DNA of 64,000 nt from Candidatus Versatilivorator sp. (lineage in GTDB: Bacteria > Acidobacteriota > Terriglobia > Versatilivoradales > Versatilivoraceae): assembly GCA_965207735.1 (NCBI GenBank), contig OZ242296.1, forward strand, positions 1,664,001 through 1,728,000, in the 5' to 3' direction. This document shows positions 9,182-17,829 of the stretch, piece after piece. Within the stretch, counting starts at the first letter, position 1. Each line of letters opens with the position of its first letter. The notes beneath the pieces are model-generated. The model saw only the letters and a list, made by a program, of their open reading frames with translations, searched no databases and had not been told where the DNA came from. The translations under genes were made by a program, and so were the position numbers.

Positions 9182-9517
9182 TCATCTCCCTTTTCGAGCG
9201 GCCTTGAGTGCGGCTGCAATCTTTGCAACTGTGCGCCTTTCATCTGGTGTCATGTCGGCTTTCGCAGTTTTCGCATAGGCGAGCAGTGCGTAGACTGGCA
9301 TGGTTTCGTCCAGATAATAGTAGATCACCCGCGCGCCCCCGCGCTGGCCCCGTCCTAAAGCCGCGAAGCGCAACTTACGGACGCCGCCCGTGCCCGGAAT
9401 TTCGTCGCCTGCCAGAGGATTTTCCGCGAGGAAGGCGATCAGTTCCCGCTTTTCATCTTCACTGAACAGCTTGTCAGCCTGACGAGAGAATGTCGGCGTC
9501 TCAGCCACTGTCTGCAT
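9182..9517 (-). CDS. higB: HigB/RelE-family toxin
   Basis: VAETPTF...NPLAGDEIPGTGGVRKLRF...RGGARVIYYY...LLAYAK; toxin-first order with higA. Confidence 0.85.
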   Translation of the reverse strand: MQTVAETPTFSRQADKLFSEDEKRELIAFLAENPLAGDEIPGTGGVRKLRFAALGRGQRGGARVIYYYLDETMPVYALLAYAKTAKADMTPDERRTVAKIAAALKAARKGR

Positions 9518-9525
9518 TTATTAGC

Positions 9526-9544
9526 ATCATACCCCAATGGGGTA
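9526..9544 (-). promoter_or_regulatory. higBA operator palindrome and -10 box (likely leaderless transcript)
   Basis: TACCCCA-A-TGGGGTA (9530-9544) overlaps a minus-strand TATGAT (9526-9531), which lies 8 nt before the higB ATG. Confidence 0.55.
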
Positions 9545-9704
9545 GTCCAGGAAAGCCCCCATATGGACCGTTGCATTCACGCTTGCCGCGCATCGACCTC
9601 TTGGATGGAGCCAGGGTAGCCTCCAACTCTCTTAAGAAACCAACCGCAGACGACATATGGACTAACGACATTTGTGGGGAAACCTCATCTAGACTATAGA
9701 AACA

Positions 9705-9947
9705 GCGGAACTCGAGAAAGTTGGTGAGAATCAGATTCGGAAAGGTGGAGCGATAGCGCTTGAGCTGTTCGGAATGCTCGATCAGGTCCAGCCGCTCTTC
9801 GGTCGGTTTCTTGGCCTCAACGTAGCCGACAATGCCGTCCTTGCCGTTCCAGAGACGGAAATCCGGGTTTCCACCCTCGGTGGGCTTGGGAAGTGTGGTG
9901 ACGTGTACGTGCGCCCTGCCGGTTTCTTTGGCTATGCCGCCCAGCAT
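9705..9947 (-). pseudogene. Fragment of the N-terminal nuclease domain of a type ISP/IIG restriction-modification enzyme
   Basis: VTTLPKPTEGGNPDFRLWNG..IVGYVEAKKP...SEQLKRYRSTFPNLILTNFLEFR (PD-ExK plus QxxRY). Similarity stops abruptly after FLEFR. Confidence 0.7.
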
Positions 9948-10051
9948 TTTCCTAACGCAACTGTGAGAGTCACACCGAGTACGGTGGCAACTGCTGTCAA
10001 CAGACCAACAGCCAGCTTTACGTCAATGGACTCGTCAAGCAGTACGTGCAT
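9932..10051 (-). pseudogene. DUF5615/PIN-like toxin stub (MHVLLDESI) fused to an unrelated hydrophobic fragment
   Basis: ATG 10051 overlaps the DUF433 end. MxxLLDE is the usual start of the DUF433 partner toxin. The frame continues as DVKLAVGLLTAVATVLGVTLTVALGKCWAA*. Confidence 0.6.
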
Positions 10052-10253
10052 TCGTGCTGAGGGCCTTTCGCGCCATCTCTATGACGGCGATCGCCCTGGC
10101 GCGCTCAACGGCAGGGAAATCGAGCAGGAATTGATCGAGGGTCTCACCAGTTTCCAGATAGTCAAAGAGGTTCTTAACAGGAACCCGAGTCCCAGTGAAA
10201 ACCGGCAAACCACCCTGAATCGCAGGATCTTTGTGAACAGCTTGCTCTTCCAT
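10035..10253 (-). CDS. DUF433-family antitoxin
   Basis: VHKDPAIQGGLPVFTGTRVPVKNLFDYLETGETLDQFLLDFP. Confidence 0.9.
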   Translation of the reverse strand: MEEQAVHKDPAIQGGLPVFTGTRVPVKNLFDYLETGETLDQFLLDFPAVERARAIAVIEMARKALSTNARTA

Positions 10254-10299
10254 CCTATTCCTCTCCTATTTCTGCTTTAAGGCATTGTCTCTGACTCAT

Positions 10300-10476
10300 T
10301 CATGAGCGGACACGGTGCCCCATCTCTCTATCGGATATCACACGGCCTTCTCGGGAATCCATAAGACCACGCTCCACCATACGTTCGAACGCAAGTTCAC
10401 GCAGGATTTCCTCATAGGTCGCATCATCCGGCTGCGAATCAGTGACTTCCTTCGTTTTCTCTTTCACTATCGCCAT
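10300..10476 (-). CDS. 58-aa putative antitoxin of a RelE/ParE module; toxin absent
   Basis: Below the ORF-track cutoff. Reads MAIVKEKTKEVTDSQPDDATYEEILRELAFERMVERGLMDSREGRVISDREMGHRVRS*. I recognise the PDDATYEEI...ERGL.D...GRVIS pattern from antitoxins that precede ParE/RelE toxins. Confidence 0.65.
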   Translation of the reverse strand: MAIVKEKTKEVTDSQPDDATYEEILRELAFERMVERGLMDSREGRVISDREMGHRVRS

Positions 10477-10553
10477 GGACTCTTTCCTTCACTTGAGGCA
10501 AACAGATTCTCAAACAACCGCTGAGCTTGGAACCCCTCCTGAACAACCCGGGC

Positions 10554-11786
10554 CTATTTCTTCCCGGCGGCTTCGGTAGCTGACTGGGGACGGCCGGAGA
10601 CGTCGCCACCGAGCCAGCGGTAGGGACGCGGATAGAGGGCCAGGGAGCGGTCCTCCAGCGGCAGCTTGACGGGTACGCTACCCAACTGGGCCGAGATCTT
10701 GCTGGCGATGGCCACTTCCAGGGCGTGGCGCTGGGTCTCGCCGGTGATACGGGGCGGAATCCCCTTGGCCACGGCGTCGATCAGGCAGCTGATGGGAGCC
10801 AGAACGTAATGCCGCTCCGACCCATGGTGGCCGATTCGATCCAATAAGGGCGACAGATCCTTGGACACCGAGTCCCAGGACCAGGGCCGGTAGCCGTGGT
10901 CCACTTCCTTGCGCGCACCCTTGGCGTCGAACCCCTTAAAGATCTGGGTCAGGGGCTCGCCATGGCGGTCCCATCTCACCAGCGCATCCTCCGTCCAGAC
11001 TTCCACCCCCCGATGGGGAGCCACCGCCTCTGCGCCGAAGACCTGGCACTCCAACCCGGAGGTCAGCCGGAAACGGCCGTTGATGCTCAGTCCATAGTCA
11101 GTGGCAGCGTCATCAAGCGCCTCGGGCGGGGTTCCCCAGGTGATGACTTCCTCCACCCGGGCCTGGGTGAAGTGCTCCAGAACCAGGATGCGGGCCGATC
11201 CGCCGGCCAGGATTTCGCCGCGGTAACTGTGAACCGCCACCCCCTGGCGCTTCCCCAGCTCTCCCGAGGCCAGTCGTCTGCCGGCCTCCTCCACCTCCCA
11301 ATTGGACCGTTCCAGGGCACCGCCGGCCAGCACCGTCCCGCGCTGCTTGCAGGTCTCGATCATGCGGTCGGCGTCGGACAACTTGGCGGCAAAGGGCCGG
11401 TCGGTCTGAACTCCCTTGACTCCCGCCTCGGCGCAGGCCACCACGCCGTCCGTCATGTATTTGGTAGGGGTGATGATGGCCGCCAGGTCGGGGACCACCT
11501 CTTTCAGCAGGGCGTCGGCGTCCCGGTAGAGAGCCTTCACTCCGAAGCGCTCCCCCACCACCTTGCGCCGCTCGGGATTCCATTCCGCGATAGCCACCAG
11601 ATCGGTCTGGGGGAGAGCCCGGTAAATCTCGGCGTATTGCTGGCCCAGGCGGCCGCAGCCGATGACGGCCACGCTCAGCCTGTCCTTTGACGCTGCGCCG
11701 GAAGCCCTGCGAGGATAGAGCCCGCCGGCCGCTACTGCTGCCGATACGGATTGAATGAGGAAATCCCTTCTGTTCACCGTGTTCAT
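10554..11786 (-). CDS. Tat-exported Gfo/Idh/MocA oxidoreductase
   Basis: NRRDFL Tat motif; VAVIGCGRLG Rossmann motif; TDRP in place of EKP. Paralog of 52839..54074. Confidence 0.9.
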   Translation of the reverse strand: MNTVNRRDFLIQSVSAAVAAGGLYPRRASGAASKDRLSVAVIGCGRLGQQYAEIYRALPQTDLVAIAEWNPERRKVVGERFGVKALYRDADALLKEVVPDLAAIITPTKYMTDGVVACAEAGVKGVQTDRPFAAKLSDADRMIETCKQRGTVLAGGALERSNWEVEEAGRRLASGELGKRQGVAVHSYRGEILAGGSARILVLEHFTQARVEEVITWGTPPEALDDAATDYGLSINGRFRLTSGLECQVFGAEAVAPHRGVEVWTEDALVRWDRHGEPLTQIFKGFDAKGARKEVDHGYRPWSWDSVSKDLSPLLDRIGHHGSERHYVLAPISCLIDAVAKGIPPRITGETQRHALEVAIASKISAQLGSVPVKLPLEDRSLALYPRPYRWLGGDVSGRPQSATEAAGKK

Positions 11787-11815
11787 GCTTTCCGCTCCTC
11801 CAGAGTTTCTGCCGG

Positions 11816-12079
11816 TTACCCGGGCTTGGATGGGTTCGACCCCGGCCCGTGAGTTCTCTTTGGGCCTAGGCCAGTCGTCAAGATATCTCCCCGAATCCTG
11901 ATCTTGTGTCGCAGGCTGCCGATCAGGTCGGCATGCTGCCGGTCATCATGCTGCCGGTCATAAGGAACAACGTGCGCGACCGGCTTGCCGTGCCTGGTGA
12001 CGATCAAGCCGTCAGCGTCAAGCTGGTCCAACAAGTCCAGGCACTGCTCCTTGAACTTTGCAGCTCCAATCGTTCGCAT
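11816..12079 (-). CDS. Phd/YefM-family antitoxin, orphan, with altered C-terminus
   Basis: MRTIGAAKFKEQCLDLLDQL...LIVTRHGKPVAHVVP; no toxin gene downstream; 15-bp tandem duplication at 11932-11961. Confidence 0.8.
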   Translation of the reverse strand: MRTIGAAKFKEQCLDLLDQLDADGLIVTRHGKPVAHVVPYDRQHDDRQHADLIGSLRHKIRIRGDILTTGLGPKRTHGPGSNPSKPG

Positions 12080-12358
12080 CTCACTTCTCCTTCCAGAGTG
12101 GACATAAGTATACGACTAGATTTCTTGCACCGAAACGACATTGACGGATGGGGCAAGGTATGCGAATTGCGATTGTAGATTGTTTGTAGAAAGAGAACCG
12201 AAACCGGGAGGCAAAAGTCTCCCGCCAGAAAGGGTTCATGATATCCTGCACATCCTTCAAAACCTCTGTGGACCGGGAAGCCGCGGTTGCAGCCACAACT
12301 GCAGATCGCTTGCCGCAGCCTGCTTGCTGAAGGTCCGCTCCGAGCAAGGAGATTCGCG

Positions 12359-14056
12359 ATGATCAGACGCCAATTCATGAAAACAGCCCTGGCTGCCGGT
12401 CTGACCTCGGCCGCCGTCCCGGCCGCATCGGGAGCAGGCCGGCCGGCCCCCGGAGCCAGCGGTCACGGAGGCAAGAAGAAGCCCCGAATCATGTTCTATA
12501 ACGACGCTCGCCATCCGGCCATCTACATGTACGAGCCTCCCATGGAGAAGGAGCAGTTCGAGGCCGCTGTGGACGAGGTGCTGGGAACCCCGGTCGACAC
12601 TTTGGTGTTCGGGTTGGGAGACGGGCGCACCGTTTTCCACAAGACCGAGGTCGGAGAGATCTGGGGAGATCCGGTCGAGAAGTGGCCTCACCTGATCTTC
12701 CGCCGCGCCCACCAGAACGCCAAGATGATGCTGGAATCGGGGCAGGATCCCTTGCGCATCGTGTGCAACCACGCCCGCGCCAACGGACTGATGCTCTATC
12801 CGTCTCTTTTGCTCAACCGGGGGCGGGGAGCGGACCGCCATCGGGACGTTCGCGCGGCCAATTTCACCTGGGAAAACCGGCACCTGGAAATTGGAGCCAG
12901 GGGCGACCTGGACGAAAGCTTTAACGGGTCGAGGCAACTGGACTTCAAACACCGGGAAGTGCAGGACGAGCGTTTCGCGCTCATCGAGGAAGTGCTGAAG
13001 AATTACCCCATTGACGGGTTCGAGTTGTGGTTCGGCCACCACTATTTCTTTCACCCCAAGGAAGTGGAAGCCGGCCTGGAAACCATGACCGCCTGGGTCA
13101 AGCGGGTCCATAAGGCCGTCAAGGCCAGCGGCAAGGATCGGGAGTTGGCGGTTCTGGTCCCCGCCAACATCGAGTGGGCCCGCTCGCTGGGGCTGGACCT
13201 GCCGGAGTGGATCCGCCAGGGCATCGTGGACGTGATCAACGGCCAGAACTACTATCAGAAGATCGACAACCTGGCGGACTTCCGGCCCCTGCTCGAGATT
13301 GCCAAGGGCACTTCCTGCCGCATTCACGCCGGCACCAACGCCATCCTCAACTCGGACCGCGTCAGCGGCGGCACCATCGAAATGATCCGCGGCGTGGCTT
13401 GCAACTACTGGGCCCAGGGAGTCGACGGCCTCTACCTCGGCCAGTGGTTTGCCGGCACCAACTGGCCCTACCAGGCCCCGTTCTACGAGCAGTTGAGAGA
13501 GGTTGCCTATCCCAAGCTCATGGCCCCCAAGGACAAGTTCTACATGGTCCCCACGGCCGATCAGACTCGAAGCAGGCCGCCGACGCAAACGGCTCCCCTC
13601 CCCGTCGAGCTGAAGGAAAACCGGCCCGTCAAATTCAAACTACCCATTGCCGACGACCTGCCTCGCTGGGACAAGCAGAAACGGGTCCATGAGGTGCTGC
13701 TGCGAATCCGTCTGGCCGACAGCACCGAACTCGATCAAGTGACCTTCAAGCTTAACGGAACCGAACTGCTCCAATCCCAGGCGCGCAAGATCAACCACCT
13801 CTATCGCATGCATGCACCCCGCTTCAGGGTCAACAACAGCTACTGGTACATCTACCGGCTGGACCGGGACCACTGGCCCAAGCAGGGCAAAAACACCATC
13901 GAGGTCACCCTCAACAAGCGGGACCCCGACATCACTCCACCGCTGCAACTTCGGGACATCGAGATAGAGACCCGGTACTTGATGGGCAGAAACTACTACC
14001 GCAGCAGCGAGGATACCGACCTCGGCCCCGCGACGATTTCGAGGCCGCGAGCCTAG
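12359..14056 (+). CDS. Tat-exported GHL10/DUF187-like TIM-barrel glycoside hydrolase-like protein
   Basis: ATG 12359 after AAGGAG; MIRRQFMK Tat motif; LDFKHREVQDERFALIEEVLKNYPIDGFEL, WIRQGIVD, GVDGLYL; C-terminal beta-sandwich. Confidence 0.8.
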   Translation: MIRRQFMKTALAAGLTSAAVPAASGAGRPAPGASGHGGKKKPRIMFYNDARHPAIYMYEPPMEKEQFEAAVDEVLGTPVDTLVFGLGDGRTVFHKTEVGEIWGDPVEKWPHLIFRRAHQNAKMMLESGQDPLRIVCNHARANGLMLYPSLLLNRGRGADRHRDVRAANFTWENRHLEIGARGDLDESFNGSRQLDFKHREVQDERFALIEEVLKNYPIDGFELWFGHHYFFHPKEVEAGLETMTAWVKRVHKAVKASGKDRELAVLVPANIEWARSLGLDLPEWIRQGIVDVINGQNYYQKIDNLADFRPLLEIAKGTSCRIHAGTNAILNSDRVSGGTIEMIRGVACNYWAQGVDGLYLGQWFAGTNWPYQAPFYEQLREVAYPKLMAPKDKFYMVPTADQTRSRPPTQTAPLPVELKENRPVKFKLPIADDLPRWDKQKRVHEVLLRIRLADSTELDQVTFKLNGTELLQSQARKINHLYRMHAPRFRVNNSYWYIYRLDRDHWPKQGKNTIEVTLNKRDPDITPPLQLRDIEIETRYLMGRNYYRSSEDTDLGPATISRPRA

Positions 14057-14075
14057 TCAACATTTCTCAAGAGGA

Positions 14076-14169
14076 ATCCACGAAGTGACACGATGGACCA
14101 GGAAGGGCCACTACGGGATCGGAGAAGGCTGAAGAGGGTTCCGCCAATGGTCGGGAAGGAACATGTCAA
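14076..14169. repeat. Diverged dispersed copy of the CCACGAAG-type intergenic repeat
   Basis: Aligns by eye with 23231-23322 (ATCCACGAAG..CACGA..GAAGGGCCAC..GGAGAAGGCT.AAGAGGG..GGTCGG.AAGG). Confidence 0.65.
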
Positions 14170-14246
14170 GAGATCTAGAGACCCGATGTGAGCTGCCTTT
14201 GGCGAGAAATCCAGGTGAGGGGAATTTAGCGAGAGGAGCAGACAGC

Positions 14247-16397
14247 ATGTGTGCGTTTGTAAAACGGGGGACAATCCTTTTCCTGCTGCTCTGCTGGAGC
14301 GGCGGTCCCGACCTTTGGGGGCAACCGCCCCCGGAAGTCCCCATGACCCAGATTCCCCAGATCGCCCGGTTCGCCCTAGACCGGCAGGTGGCCGACCGCT
14401 TCGCCGAACTGGCGGAGTTCTCCATTCGACTGCTCCAGTGGAAGGACACGGACCGTCCCTCCGTGATCAAGGCGCAACGATGGCTCAAGTCGGAAATCTA
14501 CAAACAGACCGCGCTGGGTGGCGGAGCCGACACTCCGACCCTGGTCGAGGCCAGCCGCATGGCCGGCGACGGCTACTGGTCGCTGCGTAGCCCCCAACTG
14601 GTCAGGATCCAGTTCGGGGACGACATCGAGGTGATCCAGAGGCCGCGGGAATTGCGCCTGCTGCAAGGAAAGCCCTTTCCGCTTCCGGTGGTCCTGAGAA
14701 ACGGTGCCGCGGCCCCTATGACGGTCAGCCTCAAGACGGCCGGCACGAAAGGAACGGCGATCCACGCGTTCCGACTGCAGCCCGGACAAGCGGCGGGCAC
14801 CTACATGACGTTGCACACGGACGTCGAATCGGAGGCAATGCCCAGCCTGGAAGCGCAAGCCAACGGCAGGACCAAGCCCATTCCGCTGGAGGTTTCGGCG
14901 GTCCCGCCCGGCCGGCTGAATGTGCGGGTGCTGGATGAGGAGGGCTCGGCGACGCCGGCCCGGATCTACCTCACCGGCTCCGACGGGCGGGCCTATTGGC
15001 CGTCAGGGGCGCAGGAACGGGTATCGAACGCCGACTACGGGCAGCCCTTCGGCGGGGACTATTACTTCTACAGCGGCGGCGAGTTCCAGGTCGATCTGCC
15101 TCCCGGGGAAGCCACCCTGGAGGTGGTGAAGGGTTTCGAATACCAACCGGTCTCCCGGAAAGTCTCCGTCGTGGCCGGCGGTTCCGGCACGGCCGAAGTC
15201 CGGCTGCAAAAGCCCTTCGACCTGCGCCGGCAGGGTTGGTTCTCCGGAGACACCCACATTCACCCCAACGTCTACGACGATCGTCTGATGCGGCCCGCCG
15301 ACGTCCTCCTCATCGCCAAGGCCGAAGACCTCAACCTCCCCCAGTTGCTGGTCTGCAACGACGTTTCCTCCCACATCAACGACCGGCAGTATTTCCAGGG
15401 GCGCCCCCATCGTCTCTCCGAGGAGAACACCATCCTCTACTGGAACCAGGAGATGAGGGCCGGGGACGTCAACAACCACGTGGGCTACCTGGGCTTGAAG
15501 TCGCTGGTTCAGCCGGCCTACGTGGGCTGGCCCAGGACTCTCTTCTCCTTCGACTATCCTCCCAACTACCAGATGGGTCTGGCGGCCAAGGCGCAGGGGG
15601 CGGTGGTCACCTACGTGCACCCCGGGTTGCCTTCCCAATACCCGGTGGATATCGCGCTGGGGGCCGCCGACACCATCGACGTGATGTGCCAGCGCAAAGA
15701 GGAAGTCAACACCGAACACTGGTATCAACTGCTCAACTGCGGATTTCAATGCCCCATCTCGGCGGGAACCGATGCCTTCCTGAACACCCCCTACCACCTG
15801 ATCGCGGGCGCCGGGCGGATCTACGTCCGGGCCGGTTCCCCCCTCACCTATGAGGGCTGGCTCAAGGCCTACCGCGAGGGGCGCAGCTTCGCCACCAACG
15901 GGCCGCTGCTGAAGTTCCGGGTCAATGGGAGAGAAGCGGGAGAGGAAATCCGTTGGAAGACCGGGAACCTCCCGTTGGAGATCGAGGCCGAGGCCTTCTC
16001 CCACGTTCCCATGACCCGCATGGACCTGATCGTCAACGGCCGGGTCGCAGCCAGTCAAGAGGCCGAAGAGGGCGGAAAACTCATTCGCCTGGACCGCGAA
16101 ATGGAGATCTCCGACAGCGCCTGGGTGGCGGTGCGGGTCTACGGTGGCCCCCACAAGCTGATCCCCAACGATACGTCTCTTTACGCTCACAGCAGTCCCG
16201 TGTATTGTTACCGGGGAGACAGGAAGATCGCTTTCAGGGAGTCGGCCGCCTTCTTCATCCGGCAAATCGACCAGCTCATCCACAGACTCGAGACCCAGGG
16301 GGTCTTCAGGGATTCGGCCGACAAAGAGGCCATGTTTCAACTGTTCCGAAAGGGACAGCAGGTATACCGAAAGATCGAGGCCGAGGCGGATCGGTGA
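14247..16397 (+). CDS. Secreted CehA/McbA-family (PHP-like) metallohydrolase
   Basis: Signal peptide; TPARIYLTGSDG, VKGFEY, GWFSGDTHIH, YVHP, WYQLLNCGF..PISAGTD, GRSFATNGPLL, AHSSPVY. Confidence 0.8.
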   Translation: MCAFVKRGTILFLLLCWSGGPDLWGQPPPEVPMTQIPQIARFALDRQVADRFAELAEFSIRLLQWKDTDRPSVIKAQRWLKSEIYKQTALGGGADTPTLVEASRMAGDGYWSLRSPQLVRIQFGDDIEVIQRPRELRLLQGKPFPLPVVLRNGAAAPMTVSLKTAGTKGTAIHAFRLQPGQAAGTYMTLHTDVESEAMPSLEAQANGRTKPIPLEVSAVPPGRLNVRVLDEEGSATPARIYLTGSDGRAYWPSGAQERVSNADYGQPFGGDYYFYSGGEFQVDLPPGEATLEVVKGFEYQPVSRKVSVVAGGSGTAEVRLQKPFDLRRQGWFSGDTHIHPNVYDDRLMRPADVLLIAKAEDLNLPQLLVCNDVSSHINDRQYFQGRPHRLSEENTILYWNQEMRAGDVNNHVGYLGLKSLVQPAYVGWPRTLFSFDYPPNYQMGLAAKAQGAVVTYVHPGLPSQYPVDIALGAADTIDVMCQRKEEVNTEHWYQLLNCGFQCPISAGTDAFLNTPYHLIAGAGRIYVRAGSPLTYEGWLKAYREGRSFATNGPLLKFRVNGREAGEEIRWKTGNLPLEIEAEAFSHVPMTRMDLIVNGRVAASQEAEEGGKLIRLDREMEISDSAWVAVRVYGGPHKLIPNDTSLYAHSSPVYCYRGDRKIAFRESAAFFIRQIDQLIHRLETQGVFRDSADKEAMFQLFRKGQQVYRKIEAEADR

Positions 16398-16446
16398 CCG
16401 CCCGGCGCCTGCGATCTGCAATCAATTACAAGTAAGGAGAAACAAG

Positions 16447-17679
16447 ATGATTCGACGTGAGTTCATGAAGTCGGCCGTAACCCTGGGAGCGGTTTCGGCA
16501 AGCGGCCTTTCGCTGGGTGCGGCGCCTGCTGCCCTGCCCAAGAAGAAGGGGAAGGCCAAATATCGGGGCGGCGTGTTGGGTCTGGGCTGGATGGGCGTGC
16601 TCTACGACATGGGCACACGCGACTACGAGAACATCGTGGGTTCCTACAAGGATCCCAAGTACGACCTGGAGAGCGCCAAGCGCCCCACCCCCGACTGGCT
16701 GGACGTCCACCGCAAGTTCCACCATCACGACCATCCCGGCCGGGAGGGACTGGTGTCCACCTACGCCGAAGCCATCTGGGACCGGCCCGAGGTGGAGCTG
16801 GTGGCCGGCGCCGACCGCGACGAGAAGCGCTTGGCCATGTTCGGCGAGCGCTACGGCATCGAGGCCCTCTACACCGACGCCCTGGAGATGTACGAGAAGG
16901 AGAACCTGGACATCCTGGCCATCGCCACCAACACCAAGGGCCGCTCCTTTCTGACGGTCAAGGCGGTGGAGGCCGGAGTGAAGGGGATCTTCGTGGACAA
17001 GCCCATGACCTTCACCCTGAAGGAGGCCGACGACATGGTCAACGCCTGCGCCAAGGCCGGCGTGCCCCTGGTGGGCGGGGCCACCACGACCTCCCATCCG
17101 TCGTTCGGCAAGGCCAAGGAACTGATTACCACCGGCGCCATCGGGGACGTTACCTCAATCGAAGCCCGCGTCCCGCTGTTGTCCCAACACCAGGACTGGT
17201 GCTACTTCGTGGACAGCGAGCTGGACTGGGTCAGCGGCATCGGCGACAAGCCCCGTCGGGAGCGCGGCAGCAGCGAGTTCATGGGACAGGGGATCATCGT
17301 GGCCAAGGACGGCACGGTGGTCCACATTCGGGATGGAGCCCCTACCGTCAAGATCTCGGGAAGCACGGGGGAGATCGTCTTCGACGGCAAGCGCTGGACC
17401 CTGTGGCAGGATGTGGACACCCTCTCGGGACGCAAGGGGCGGGTGGAGATGCCCTGGCCCGATCCCCAGTGGGGCAGCATGCGCACTCCCTGGTGCCTGG
17501 ACGACCTGATCGCCACCATGGAGGGCCGCATGAAGGAGCCCAAGAACTCGGGGCGCATCGTGAGGGCGGCTCTCGAGGCGGAATTGGCGATGAAGCAGTC
17601 CTCGGCCCGGGGCGGCGAGCGCATCCAGTTGCCGCTCAAGGACCGCAGCCTGGGGCTGACCTACGACTGGTTCCGTTAA
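16447..17679 (+). CDS. Tat-exported Gfo/Idh/MocA oxidoreductase with His-rich insert
   Basis: MIRREFMK; GVLGLGWMG; VDKPM; RBS AAGGAG. Confidence 0.88.
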   Translation: MIRREFMKSAVTLGAVSASGLSLGAAPAALPKKKGKAKYRGGVLGLGWMGVLYDMGTRDYENIVGSYKDPKYDLESAKRPTPDWLDVHRKFHHHDHPGREGLVSTYAEAIWDRPEVELVAGADRDEKRLAMFGERYGIEALYTDALEMYEKENLDILAIATNTKGRSFLTVKAVEAGVKGIFVDKPMTFTLKEADDMVNACAKAGVPLVGGATTTSHPSFGKAKELITTGAIGDVTSIEARVPLLSQHQDWCYFVDSELDWVSGIGDKPRRERGSSEFMGQGIIVAKDGTVVHIRDGAPTVKISGSTGEIVFDGKRWTLWQDVDTLSGRKGRVEMPWPDPQWGSMRTPWCLDDLIATMEGRMKEPKNSGRIVRAALEAELAMKQSSARGGERIQLPLKDRSLGLTYDWFR

Positions 17680-17829
17680 TCCTTCGTGGGGCGGGATCGA
17701 GCCGGCAGTCACCAAGGCAACAATCAGTCAAGCGGCCAACTCCCGGGGGGACTATCGCCTCCAGGGTAGTTGCAAGGATTCCCGTCACGGCCTCTGCTGG
17801 CCATCGACCGGGAACAAAGGAGGACAACC

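Noticed and set aside
7111-10550. Integron cassette array
   Set aside because: The genes are small and co-oriented, but I found no repeated RYYYAAC...GTTRRRY attC palindromes and no integrase. An IntegronFinder run would settle it.
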